Positions 53,947 to 62,861 are shown, counted from the first letter of the stretch. The stretch is 64,000 nucleotides of DNA from Opitutia bacterium UBA3534 (GCA_002376875.1 DFOT01000011.1:71034-135033); one strand, 5' to 3'. Notes: generated from the sequence alone by a model not told the origin. Numbers and translations are program-made.

Positions 53947-53977
53947 ACTCGTAGAGAAACAACTGCGAGTTTTTTTA
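53947..53977 (+). terminator. Strong intrinsic terminator, plausibly bidirectional
   Basis: ACTCGTAG-agaaacaa-CTGCGAGT (8 bp including one G.U) followed by TTTTTTT. It is preceded by an A-run, so the minus-strand reading (downstream of tRNA-Tyr) is also hairpin plus CTTTTTG. Confidence 0.7.
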
Positions 53978-54023
53978 TATTTTAGAGGTAAAGTGGCTTG
54001 TCACACGTAGCCTTGGCGAAGTG

Positions 54024-54109
54024 TGGTGGTGAGGGCGCGATTCGAACGCGCGAAGGGTTGCCCCGACAGATTTACAGTCTGCATCCGTTGGCCGCTTGGA
54101 TACCTCACC
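54024..54109 (-). tRNA. tRNA-Tyr (anticodon GUA), class II long variable arm, CCA encoded
   Basis: Minus strand reads GGTGAGG TA TCC AAGCGGCCAAC GGA T GCAGA CTGTAAA TCTGT CGGGGCAACCCTTC GCGCG TTCGAAT CGCGC CCTCACC A CCA (86 nt). Confidence 0.9.
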
Positions 54110-54234
54110 TTACACATTACCGTAGATGGCCATTTCAACGGTGAATAGCTACCCTATTTAATTCCTAAAGCTTGCCAAGCTTTTTTTGAAGATAAATATA
54201 AATCACCCCTTTTAGGGGATTTGCAAAATTAATA

Positions 54235-54504
54235 TTGCTCTTTCCTGAAAAGTTATTAACATTTATTCACATTCTCCCCTCAGGTACGCCCTATGCTGCG
54301 TACTTACTCACCATGCATCCTCTCCTATCAGAAACCAAAAAAGCCCTAGAGGCTTGCGCCCAAAAGCTCGGCGAATACTCTGAGACGGACCCCTCATCCC
54401 AATGCCTCCTAAAGCAAAAGGTTTGCAGGAACGAGTCCCCTCGCAGTATCAGCCGTGGTTTTAGCAAGACTCGAAGGGTTATCCCGGCACTCCATTCTCA
54501 TTAG
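54235..54504 (+). CDS. Doubtful small ORF (89 aa from TTG, 63 aa from ATG 54313) in an otherwise unassigned region
   Basis: ORF only. No RBS or motif. Listed because a strong + strand terminator follows at 54592-54628. Confidence 0.2.
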   Translation: MLFPEKLLTFIHILPSGTPYAAYLLTMHPLLSETKKALEACAQKLGEYSETDPSSQCLLKQKVCRNESPRSISRGFSKTRRVIPALHSH

Positions 54505-54591
54505 ATGACATTTTGATGCATCTTTGGGAAGGGATGATTACAGGAACTCAATAAAAGAGTCCCCAAGTCATAATAGACATGCTGTTTTGCA

Positions 54592-54628
54592 GTGGTTGTG
54601 CTCTATTGATAGAGCACAACCACTTTTT
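54592..54628 (+). terminator. Perfect 14-bp intrinsic terminator
   Basis: GTGGTTGTGCTCTA-ttga-TAGAGCACAACCAC followed by TTTTT. The flanks are T-rich only on the + strand reading. Confidence 0.8.
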
Positions 54629-54756
54629 ATGCAAACACCCATTAGATCCGCCTGGACTTAAGGAAGCTGGCAAGCAATCTGCTAATTTAGGAGGTTGCGC
54701 TAAGCGCTTGATTTAGAATACACTCCAGCTTCGATTAGTATACCCTATAATTTTTA

Positions 54757-55698
54757 ATGCCCCCTACTGCTTTCACATTAGATGAAAAAGTCCGGGCCAA
54801 AGTTGACGAATGTCCTTTGGTGAAGTCTCTGTTGAATATCGAAACAATGCTCGCGGTTCTATCGGGGGCAGATGAAATCCTAACTTCAGATATTGCAAAG
54901 ATCATTAAGGATGACCCGATCTTAACGGCACGCTTACTGAAGCTTGCTAATTCAGGTCTATTCGGGCTTAAGCAAGAGGTTACCTGTATTGAGCAGGTGG
55001 TCGCTCTTTTAGGGCTAAATAATATTCGAGAGCTCTTTTTGGCTAGCCCTATTATTGAGGAGGTAGACAAGCTTCACCGAGGTAACCCGCGAGTACTCCC
55101 GGCGATGCTGCACCAGCACTGCCATCACAGTCTTGGTGCAGCGATTATTACACGTGATATTATTTCCTACATCAATGTAGGCTTCCCGCCTGAGGCCGAC
55201 TACCTCATAGGCTTACTGCATAATGTAGGTAAAGTGGTTATAGATTTATCCTTCCCTGAAGAATGTCCGGCACCCCTTCTAGAAGAAGAGGAAAAAGAAG
55301 GAGCTATAACGCCTCCTGAAATGCGCCTCATGCCTATGGCCGAGCAAGATGAATTCGAAAAGGAGGTTACCGGGTATGATTATGGAGAAATTGGGGCGTA
55401 CTACCTTAGCCGCCATGAGCTATCTGAAACGATCATCGATGCGATTGCCGGCCACCGCAAGTTCAATACTGGGCGAGATAATGACAACCGCATAGCAGTT
55501 GCTCTAGGTCTAGCAGTCGAAACTACCCGTTTATTAGAAAAAAAGGCCTTAGGCCAAGGCTTTGCAAAAGCAAAGAATGTCTGGGAAGATTTAGAGGGCT
55601 GGCAGGTTCTCTTCAACCCTGATATTGAAGAAGAGCGCCTAAAAGCAAGGACCCTCAAGCGCAGACTCCTCGGGCGCGCATATAAGTTCGAGCTGTAA
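54757..55698 (+). CDS. HDOD-domain signalling protein
   Basis: 313 aa. IAKIIKDDPILTARLLKLANSGLFGLKQEVTCIEQVVALLGLNNIRELFLA is the HDOD signature. Later HNVGKVV. TATAAT lies 7 nt before the ATG. Confidence 0.75.
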   Translation: MPPTAFTLDEKVRAKVDECPLVKSLLNIETMLAVLSGADEILTSDIAKIIKDDPILTARLLKLANSGLFGLKQEVTCIEQVVALLGLNNIRELFLASPIIEEVDKLHRGNPRVLPAMLHQHCHHSLGAAIITRDIISYINVGFPPEADYLIGLLHNVGKVVIDLSFPEECPAPLLEEEEKEGAITPPEMRLMPMAEQDEFEKEVTGYDYGEIGAYYLSRHELSETIIDAIAGHRKFNTGRDNDNRIAVALGLAVETTRLLEKKALGQGFAKAKNVWEDLEGWQVLFNPDIEEERLKARTLKRRLLGRAYKFEL

Positions 55699-55791
55699 AA
55701 GAAAGCTTAAACTTGACCCAGTAAAGGGAAACTGTAGACCTTAAGGCTAAAGGAAAATCCCCTTTATATTTAAGAATAACAAGTCAAAAAA

Positions 55792-56028
55792 ATGGACCAC
55801 ACTACACTTCCCTCCCAACCACAACAAATAAACTGGCCTAGCCTAGAGGCAGAGGTATCAGATAAGATCGCAAGCTTAGACCCCGATAACACAGAAGCTG
55901 TACACGAACTCCAGACACTCATTAACCGCCTATCTCAGCAGGAAGCGATTCAGAACGCACTAAACTCAGCAACAAGACAACTGGAAGATCGAGCAATTGA
56001 CTGGGTAATAAGACATCTGCGACACTAA
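55792..56028 (+). CDS. Hypothetical small protein (78 aa)
   Basis: ORF only, helical, no RBS seen. Confidence 0.3.
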   Translation: MDHTTLPSQPQQINWPSLEAEVSDKIASLDPDNTEAVHELQTLINRLSQQEAIQNALNSATRQLEDRAIDWVIRHLRH

Positions 56029-56092
56029 ACAAGGGTTAAAGCCAATCACCGATCACCGGACTGGTTGAATAGAGTAGCGTAATTCTTGAGCC

Positions 56093-56863
56093 CTAAAAGA
56101 GCAACAAGTCCATCTGTACGGAGGGCTCTTTGCTACGCAGTAGGAACTTCCTTAAGAAGGAAGGACGGTGAACAGAAGCTTCCCCACTTTCCATAATACT
56201 AAGCTTATGCAGTTGGGTACCGTAACCTTTATGCCTAGCTAGGCCATACTCAGGGAACTCTGTGTCAAGCTCACTCATAATATGATCACGTTGGACTTTT
56301 GCTACGATTGAAGCCATTGCAATAGCGAGGCTTTTGTCATCTCCCTGAACGAGTCCTTCATGCTTAAAGCGGAAACGCTTCATGGGGCGTCCATCGAGCA
56401 AAACGCGCACCGTAGGCTTATTGACACGAGCATCCTTACTCACTGGGGTAAACAAGCTCGACTCATCCCAACGCGGCATCTTCATATTTGATAGAGCACG
56501 CTGGTCCAAAATTTCTAGGGCACGCTCCATTGCGAGCTGAGTAGCACCGAGGATATTATACTGCTCAATTTCCCCTACTGTGGCTTGAGCCCAGGAAAAA
56601 TCAATCACATCGGCCTCTTTCCAAATCTGCATCAGAGAAAAAAGATGCTCACGCTGAAATTCACTAATGCGCTTAGAATCCCGAATAGCACGGCAACCTT
56701 CAATACGCTCAGAATCGCGGTAAAACTCTTCGGTCAGGCGTACTGCTGCTGCCACTACAGGGCCTGCTAAAGCCCCACGCCCTGCTTCATCTACACCAAC
56801 AAGTGCAGAATAACCCTTAAGGGCCTGCAAGTCATAAGTCAGTCTGGGGTTTTTTAATTTCAC
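56093..56863 (-). CDS. rnhB: Ribonuclease HII
   Basis: 256 aa with a GTG start. VGVDEAGRGALAGPVVAAAV catalytic motif and SIVAKVQRD. Confidence 0.85.
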   Translation of the reverse strand: MKLKNPRLTYDLQALKGYSALVGVDEAGRGALAGPVVAAAVRLTEEFYRDSERIEGCRAIRDSKRISEFQREHLFSLMQIWKEADVIDFSWAQATVGEIEQYNILGATQLAMERALEILDQRALSNMKMPRWDESSLFTPVSKDARVNKPTVRVLLDGRPMKRFRFKHEGLVQGDDKSLAIAMASIVAKVQRDHIMSELDTEFPEYGLARHKGYGTQLHKLSIMESGEASVHRPSFLRKFLLRSKEPSVQMDLLLF

Positions 56864-56872
56864 AAAAATCTC

Positions 56873-57844
56873 TTAGCGTCTCCACTCTCGCTTCGGGGGA
56901 ACCGGGAGGCCTAAAACTTCACGAGCGGTTCTAAAATGAAGTTTAGCGTAGTTGATTAAAGCATCTTTTCCAAATTTTTCAACAATTTTTCCAGCCTGGG
57001 CCTTAACTTGTGCACTGGCCCCCTTCAAGAGCTGCTCCCCAAACTCCTTGGAAAGCTTCTGCATAGCCCTTATATAAGCGGCTCGCGCTACAATAGAAGC
57101 CGCTGCCACTACAGGGTCTTCTTCAGCCTTGGTCTGCATTTTTAGGTCTATGGGGTCCTCCTTAAAGTAATCTTGCACCAAGGGCTGCTTTGTAAATTGG
57201 TCTAACATTCCCCAAGGGGCTCGGCGCTTCTTGAGTGCATCCTCTAAGCTCTTAGCATGCATCCAGGCCAAGAGCTTATTAAGATTATCTCCAAATTTAT
57301 GATACAGCTCATTATATTTAGGCATGCTTGCGTAGGTAGTCGTCACTACGACCCCTTTAGTCTTACGGATCATCTTGTCTAACTTCAGCACGACTGCATC
57401 ACTACTCACGCGCTTAGTCTCCTTAAGGCCTTCCTGCATCCACTCCCTCACCATGTCGCCATCAGCGATCACACACGCAGAAACTAAAGGCCCGAAAAGG
57501 TCTCCCTTACCACTTTCATCCAAGCCTGCATGCAGCTCAAACCACTCTGGGTGGTGAACCTCTTCATAGCCCATCTCAGGCATGCCGGTAATCTCCCCCT
57601 CAATAACGTAAGTAACAAACTCTTCGGTCTTCTTCCCCTGAATAACAACCTTACCACTCTCGTAAGCGACAACATTTACCTTGTCTCCCTTGAAAGCAAA
57701 GCGGGCATAATCAACTTCATAATACATCCACAGCTGCGCATCACACCACTGCTTAAGCTTCTCCATTTGCTCGTCATTAAGCTCTATGGTATAAAGCGTA
57801 CGCTTTTTGGGCTCGTCAGAATTATCCTTTGCTTTTTTAGGCAT
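56873..57844 (-). CDS. rnhC: Ribonuclease HIII
   Basis: Track 56873..57868 starts at GTG; ATG 57844 (MPKKAKDN) is preferred. N-terminal TBP-like domain, then GLDESGKGDLFGPLVSACV and AASIVARA. Confidence 0.8.
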   Translation of the reverse strand: MPKKAKDNSDEPKKRTLYTIELNDEQMEKLKQWCDAQLWMYYEVDYARFAFKGDKVNVVAYESGKVVIQGKKTEEFVTYVIEGEITGMPEMGYEEVHHPEWFELHAGLDESGKGDLFGPLVSACVIADGDMVREWMQEGLKETKRVSSDAVVLKLDKMIRKTKGVVVTTTYASMPKYNELYHKFGDNLNKLLAWMHAKSLEDALKKRRAPWGMLDQFTKQPLVQDYFKEDPIDLKMQTKAEEDPVVAAASIVARAAYIRAMQKLSKEFGEQLLKGASAQVKAQAGKIVEKFGKDALINYAKLHFRTAREVLGLPVPPKREWRR

Positions 57845-57873
57845 GGCTGGCACCTTAATATAGGACACTTAAA

Positions 57874-58896
57874 ATGTATAGAATAAAGAACAAAAACGCA
57901 TTTATCAAGAATTTGAACACCTGGTATCAAGAAAGCGCTCGCGCACTGCCCTGGCGCGAAACTCCCTCTCTTTACAAAACTGTTGTTTCGGAATTCATGC
58001 TCCAACAAACCCAGGTCAGCACAGTGCTCCCCTACTTCGACCGCTGGCTGAAGCGCTTCCCAGACTTTGAAACCCTAGCCCAGGCCGAGGAAGAGCACGT
58101 CGTAAAACACTGGGAAGGCCTAGGCTACTACACGCGCGCACGAAACCTCCACAAACTTGCCAAACACCTCAGTAGCTTAGAGACAATCCCTACGGATGCT
58201 AAGAGCTGGCAAAGCTTCCCAGGTATTGGTCCTTACACATCGGCCGCTATTACAAGTATCACCTTTAGTACCCCCGAAGCGGTAGTCGATGGCAATGTTA
58301 TCCGCATCTTGGCTCGCCTGATGGGGGTAGAAACCACTTTTAAAGATAACACAAGCGCCTTCAAAGTATTCAAACCAGAAGCCCAGGCTTTAATTAACCA
58401 GGAAAACCCTGGAGACCACAACCAGGCTATGATGGAGCTAGGCGCCACTGTATGCCACCGCCAGAAACCGCTTTGCCTTTTATGCCCAGTTAACAAGCTC
58501 TGTAAAGCCTACGCACAAGGTAAACCCGAGGCCTACCCAAAACTAGCCCCACGCAAAACGACTCAAGTAACTATTGATCGAGTCTTTATTTTAGAGGAAG
58601 ACCAACTCCTCTTACACCGCACCCCAAGCAAAGCAAAACGCCTAGCAAATATGTGCGAGCTCCCTAAAGCCGAAGACCTAAAAATCAAAGTCTCCGAAAA
58701 AACAAAGCGCCTTTCTAAAAAACGTGGTATCAGCAATCAAAGAATCTCTGAACACATCCATACCCCTAAGTTAAATAAAACAGCCCAAAGCAGAATTAAA
58801 GAAAGTGACGAACTTTTCTGGACCCACAAAAACGACTTAAACACCCTCACCCTCTCCGGCCCCCACAAACGCTGGATCCTAGAACTCCTGGGTTGA
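57874..58896 (+). CDS. mutY: A/G-specific adenine DNA glycosylase
   Basis: 340 aa. LPWRETPSLYKTVVSEFMLQQTQV, HhH GIGPYTSAAI, [4Fe-4S] loop CHRQKPLCLLCPVNKLC, C-terminal NUDIX-like domain. Confidence 0.85.
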   Translation: MYRIKNKNAFIKNLNTWYQESARALPWRETPSLYKTVVSEFMLQQTQVSTVLPYFDRWLKRFPDFETLAQAEEEHVVKHWEGLGYYTRARNLHKLAKHLSSLETIPTDAKSWQSFPGIGPYTSAAITSITFSTPEAVVDGNVIRILARLMGVETTFKDNTSAFKVFKPEAQALINQENPGDHNQAMMELGATVCHRQKPLCLLCPVNKLCKAYAQGKPEAYPKLAPRKTTQVTIDRVFILEEDQLLLHRTPSKAKRLANMCELPKAEDLKIKVSEKTKRLSKKRGISNQRISEHIHTPKLNKTAQSRIKESDELFWTHKNDLNTLTLSGPHKRWILELLG

Positions 58897-58937
58897 GTAT
58901 TGATATCCACTAATAAAGCTGCTAGTAAGCTTATCTC

Positions 58938-59945
58938 ATGAGTCAAGCACCGACAAATTGGGTATTTATGGGGTCCGATACCATCGCACTCCCTGCCCTA
59001 GAATCTTTATATAAAAACCCCCACCTAAGCCTAAAAGCCGTTTTCACCCAACCGGATAGGCCCCAGGGTCGGGGCAAAAAGCTCCAAGAAAATGCAATTA
59101 AAACCTGGGCTAAAGAACGCAACCTCCCCATCTTTCAGCCTGAAAAACTCGGTAAAGAAGAGCGTAGCTGGCTCCAAGAGAACCAGATCCAATGGGCCCT
59201 AGTGATGGCCTATGGGCAATACATCCCTAGCAAATTTTTAGCGACACCCAATTTCGGCGTGCACAACTTGCATAGCTCCCTACTCCCAGCCTATCGTGGC
59301 GCCTCCCCTATTGAGACAGCAATAGCAATGGGTGACGCCCGCACAGGAACGACTCTCATGAAAGTAATCCCCGAAATGGACGCCGGGCCCATGCTTGATA
59401 AAGAGGAGCTTACGATCGAACCGACCGACACAGGCCTTAGCCTCCGGGATAAGATCGCACAGTCCTGTGTTCCTTTGGTAGAGCGAAACATCGATTCGAT
59501 TATTACAGGCCAGGCGACCCACCAAGACCAGGATCCTCAGCAAGTTACTTACGCGCGCAAGCTTCTTAAAGAGGATGGCTGGCTTGATTTTAATTTACCT
59601 GCCTCGACACTCCAGGCCCGTACACGCGCCTTCTCATCCTGGCCCGGATCCTTTTGTAACTATAAAGAAACCCGCCTTAAAGTAGGCGAATGCAGTTTTG
59701 ATAACGAGACGCCTTCAGAAACTCCAGGCACTGTAGTAGGCCTAAGAGACGCAGGCCTAGCCGTCTCAACACAAGAAGGAACCCTCATTATCCATGAACT
59801 CCAACGCCCAGGAGGCAAAATGCTGCCTGTTAAAGAATTCCTTAAAGGCTTTCCTATTCCAGAAGGAAATTTACTTCAGGGAAAAGAAAACCTTCCTTTA
59901 GTGTCAAAAGAGCCTTTTGGACGTGACTTTCCGGCAACAACGTAA
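58938..59945 (+). CDS. fmt: Methionyl-tRNA formyltransferase
   Basis: 335 aa. VFTQPDRPQGRGKK, HNLHSSLLPAYRGASPIETAI. Confidence 0.85.
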   Translation: MSQAPTNWVFMGSDTIALPALESLYKNPHLSLKAVFTQPDRPQGRGKKLQENAIKTWAKERNLPIFQPEKLGKEERSWLQENQIQWALVMAYGQYIPSKFLATPNFGVHNLHSSLLPAYRGASPIETAIAMGDARTGTTLMKVIPEMDAGPMLDKEELTIEPTDTGLSLRDKIAQSCVPLVERNIDSIITGQATHQDQDPQQVTYARKLLKEDGWLDFNLPASTLQARTRAFSSWPGSFCNYKETRLKVGECSFDNETPSETPGTVVGLRDAGLAVSTQEGTLIIHELQRPGGKMLPVKEFLKGFPIPEGNLLQGKENLPLVSKEPFGRDFPATT

Positions 59946-59960
59946 ACAATAGGGAGCACT

Positions 59961-60545
59961 ATGCATTTGAAGAAAACGTTTGGGCTTTTGAGCCTTTTGG
60001 CTCTGCCTCATTTTGCCTCAGCCTACGATGCCCAGGCCGTAGAGCTTGCGAACTTGCGCCAAGACATGATTGCCATGGCCGAGCACATCGGAAAGCTCCA
60101 ACTCGATATCGAAACCCTGCAGCGTGAAAATATCGGCCTGCGCCAAGCTATGAACACTCAACGTGCTCAGGCACCCTCCGACACTCACCTAAGCGCCCTT
60201 AAGGCAGAACTTTCCCAAAACTTCCAACTCCAGAAGCAAGAGATCTTCACCCAAGTCTCTAAGCAAATCGAGCAACTCGGCACACGCACCCAAGGCGCCC
60301 TCGACAGCCTTGCACGTGCTATTGGAACAAATAAACCAAGCATTGCAGGCACTATTAAATTTTCAGACGACTACCCCCAGGAAGGCATTGCCTATACTGT
60401 CCAACCCGGAGATACCCTTGGCGGCATTGCCCATAAACACAACTCAGCCATTAAAGATATTCAAAACGCTAACCGCATTGCAGACCCTACAAGAGACCTG
60501 ATTGCGGGCAACACCATCTTCATCCCTCAACGGAACACCAACTAA
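59961..60545 (+). CDS. Secreted coiled-coil protein with a C-terminal LysM domain
   Basis: 194 aa. Signal peptide MHLKKTFGLLSLLALPHFASA. LysM YTVQPGDTLGGIAHKHNSAIKDIQNANRI...GNTIFIP. Confidence 0.7.
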   Translation: MHLKKTFGLLSLLALPHFASAYDAQAVELANLRQDMIAMAEHIGKLQLDIETLQRENIGLRQAMNTQRAQAPSDTHLSALKAELSQNFQLQKQEIFTQVSKQIEQLGTRTQGALDSLARAIGTNKPSIAGTIKFSDDYPQEGIAYTVQPGDTLGGIAHKHNSAIKDIQNANRIADPTRDLIAGNTIFIPQRNTN

Positions 60546-60547
60546 CC

Positions 60548-61573
60548 ATGGCAGGAAAATCACGTTTAGGCCGAGGCCTCGGCAACCTTATCACAGGCGG
60601 CATTGCTACTGACGAAGCCCCTACTACAGAAACTAAAGAAAAGCCAAAAGTAAAAAAAGCTGCAAGCACACCTAAAACTAAAGCAGCTAAAACAACTAAG
60701 GCCCCTAAGGCTACACCCGTAGCTAAAGCAGCGCCTAAGGCTGAACCAACACCAGCCCCCGCTCCTACCGAACCTGAGACTCAGGACGGTTTTCGTGAGA
60801 TCCTGGTCGACAAGGTAATCCCAAACCCTCACCAACCCCGCAAAGAATTTAAACCCGAGCACATCGAAGAGCTTGCCAACAGCATCACTGCTGAAGGCCT
60901 CCTCCAGCCTATCGTCGTGCGCAAGCAAGGGAACACTTACGAGATCATCGCTGGGGAGCGCCGTTTGCGCGCCTTCAAACACCTCGGGAATAAACGCATT
61001 CCCGCACGTGTGATCGAAGTAAGCGATAGTTCCTCAGCAGTGCTATCTCTGATTGAGAATCTCCAGCGTGAAGACCTTAACCCGATTGAAGAGGCCTTAG
61101 GCTTTGCCTCTTTAATGCAAGACTTTGACCTTACCCAAGAAAGTATTGCTCAACGCGTTAGCAAGAGCCGCTCTGCTATTGCCAACATACTGCGCTTACT
61201 TCAGCTAGACAGTGAGATCCAAGGTTACTTGCGCCGAGGAAAAATCTCCACTGGGCATGCTAAAGTAATCTTGGGCCTACCCACCCCACAGCAGCAATTG
61301 CTCTTAGCCCGCAAAATTGTAGAAGCAGGGATTAGCGTACGGGAGACCGAACGCCTCGCCCAAAAGCTCAAAGCAGATGCTAAAAAGCCGGTTCAGATCC
61401 TCGATGCCTCCCAAAAAGAGGACACTATTATCAAAGACCTCGAGAAGAAGATCACGAGCCATTTACGCACCCGTGTTTCCCTAAAGCATTCACCCAAAAA
61501 GGGTAAGCTCGTTATTGAATACTTTGGCAACAGTGACCTGCAGCGTATTTTGGACAAGATTGGTGTCTATTAA
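60548..61573 (+). CDS. parB: Chromosome-partitioning protein ParB with a Lys/Ala/Pro-rich N-terminal insertion
   Basis: 341 aa. NPHQPRKEF, GLLQPIVVRK, IIAGERRLRA, and HTH region QESIAQRVSKSRSAIAN. Confidence 0.85.
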   Translation: MAGKSRLGRGLGNLITGGIATDEAPTTETKEKPKVKKAASTPKTKAAKTTKAPKATPVAKAAPKAEPTPAPAPTEPETQDGFREILVDKVIPNPHQPRKEFKPEHIEELANSITAEGLLQPIVVRKQGNTYEIIAGERRLRAFKHLGNKRIPARVIEVSDSSSAVLSLIENLQREDLNPIEEALGFASLMQDFDLTQESIAQRVSKSRSAIANILRLLQLDSEIQGYLRRGKISTGHAKVILGLPTPQQQLLLARKIVEAGISVRETERLAQKLKADAKKPVQILDASQKEDTIIKDLEKKITSHLRTRVSLKHSPKKGKLVIEYFGNSDLQRILDKIGVY

Positions 61574-61614
61574 TTGCTTGATTATCAGTACAAAGGGCTT
61601 AGGTTTTTAAGGTC

Positions 61615-61968
61615 ATGGCTACGTTTATTATTGGTTTTTTTACGGCTCTACTCATTTTGCTGAGCTTATTTGTGATCCTCTTGGTCCTTATGCAACGCCC
61701 AAGCGCTAATGCAGGACTCGGGGCTTCTTTAGGGGGCGGTGCTGCAGAGTCTGCTTTCGGGGGGCAAACAAATGAGGTCCTCACCAAAATGACTATCTAC
61801 GGAACGGTTGCTTTCTTTGTTATTTCAGCAGGGCTATACCTCTCCTACATGGCTAAAGGTAAACCCGCACGTGAGCACCAAACCGCACTCCCTGCGATCA
61901 TGAGCGTTGAAAAGAGCTCATCCCAAGAAGACCTTACTGCCCTCCCTGGATTAGCAGACGAAGAGTAA
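61615..61968 (+). CDS. secG: Preprotein translocase subunit SecG
   Basis: 117 aa. Two TM segments flanking [25 protein letters not shown]. Confidence 0.75.
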   Translation: MATFIIGFFTALLILLSLFVILLVLMQRPSANAGLGASLGGGAAESAFGGQTNEVLTKMTIYGTVAFFVISAGLYLSYMAKGKPAREHQTALPAIMSVEKSSSQEDLTALPGLADEE

Positions 61969-61979
61969 GCCATAACAAC

Positions 61980-62861
61980 ATGGGATTTTTTAACTTTGCA
62001 AAGAAGCTCCTACCCTTTTGTGTAGGAGCTTTTCTTTTGAGTGCACCTGTCCAACTCCACGCCTTTCGGGCGGAGCGGCGCGTCAAACAAATGGGGGTGC
62101 ATAAAATTGACCACGCAGAAGGCCTCAAGCGCATCGAGCACTTCCGTAATCAGCGCCTCAATGGGGATTACTCCTTAAAATTTGAACTGCAACACAAGCC
62201 ACGTAAGGGGAAGCAAATAAGCTATTCAGGCATCCTCTGGGGAACCTGGAACACCCAAGGGCCTCTAGTTCGCGTAGCCCTTTGGGCAGAAAACCCGGAA
62301 GCAGCACCACTAAACTTCATTATCCAAGGCGGGCCGAACCCGAAGTTCTGGAAGTCTATTAATGGAGGTTCCTTTGTTGCCCTAAAGAAAGAAGAGATTT
62401 TTGAACCACTACTGCCTGGGCTCATCTATACCCCCTTTGACTTACTCACCCCCTATGCCTACTGGGATGAAATGGACTACGAGGGTGTAAAGCGAATCAA
62501 AGGGCGACCTGCACACCTATTCTTAATGAGCCCACCTGAGGCCCTGATGCAAACAAACCCGGAGCTAGGCCCTGTACGTATGGCCCTCGATGCAGACTTC
62601 AATGCGATCATCCAAGCCGACTGGCTAACCCCCCAAGGCGATAAGGCGCGTGCTTTTAAAATCCTAAACATTAAGAAGACCCAGGGTGAATGGATACTCA
62701 AGACGGTTGATTTGGTTGATGAAAAATCCCACGACAAAACACGTTTTAATGTGACCGCTGCGGCCCTAGGCCTGTCACTCAACCCGAAGCACTACTTCAC
62801 CCCGAAGAAAGCACGTGCACAAGCCCCTGCTATTGACTGGAATGCCTATGAGCGCCTCTGA
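61980..62861 (+). CDS. Secreted hypothetical protein, possibly LolA-like lipoprotein-sorting fold
   Basis: 293 aa with a signal peptide. The fold guess rests only on size and beta-rich composition. Confidence 0.3.
   Translation: MGFFNFAKKLLPFCVGAFLLSAPVQLHAFRAERRVKQMGVHKIDHAEGLKRIEHFRNQRLNGDYSLKFELQHKPRKGKQISYSGILWGTWNTQGPLVRVALWAENPEAAPLNFIIQGGPNPKFWKSINGGSFVALKKEEIFEPLLPGLIYTPFDLLTPYAYWDEMDYEGVKRIKGRPAHLFLMSPPEALMQTNPELGPVRMALDADFNAIIQADWLTPQGDKARAFKILNIKKTQGEWILKTVDLVDEKSHDKTRFNVTAAALGLSLNPKHYFTPKKARAQAPAIDWNAYERL

Noticed and set aside
42589-54109. Genomic island bounded by the two tRNA genes.
   Set aside because: The interval contains core genes (trxA, recR, ybaB, priA). There is no integrase or transposase and no direct repeat of either tRNA 3' end. 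The A+T-rich ORFans are interspersed singly rather than forming a contiguous block.
54110-54756. Possibility that the orphan region encodes tmRNA, RNase P RNA or SRP RNA.
   Set aside because: I searched both strands by eye for the hallmark strings and found none: the tRNA-like ...TCCACCA end and GGGGCTGA start of tmRNA, GAGGAAAGTCC of RNase P, and the GGAAGCAGCC/GGAA-tetraloop context of SRP. GGAAGCTGGCAAGC at about 54669 is only a superficial resemblance.
54735-55070. 111-aa minus-strand ORF overlapping the start of the HDOD gene.
   Set aside because: The + strand frame carries the unmistakable HDOD signature, while the minus ORF is Ser-rich with no motif.
60566-60982. 138-aa minus-strand ORF within parB.
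   Set aside because: It is antisense to the clearly recognisable ParB coding frame. Its Cys/Phe/Ser-rich sequence mirrors the Lys/Ala-rich tract.
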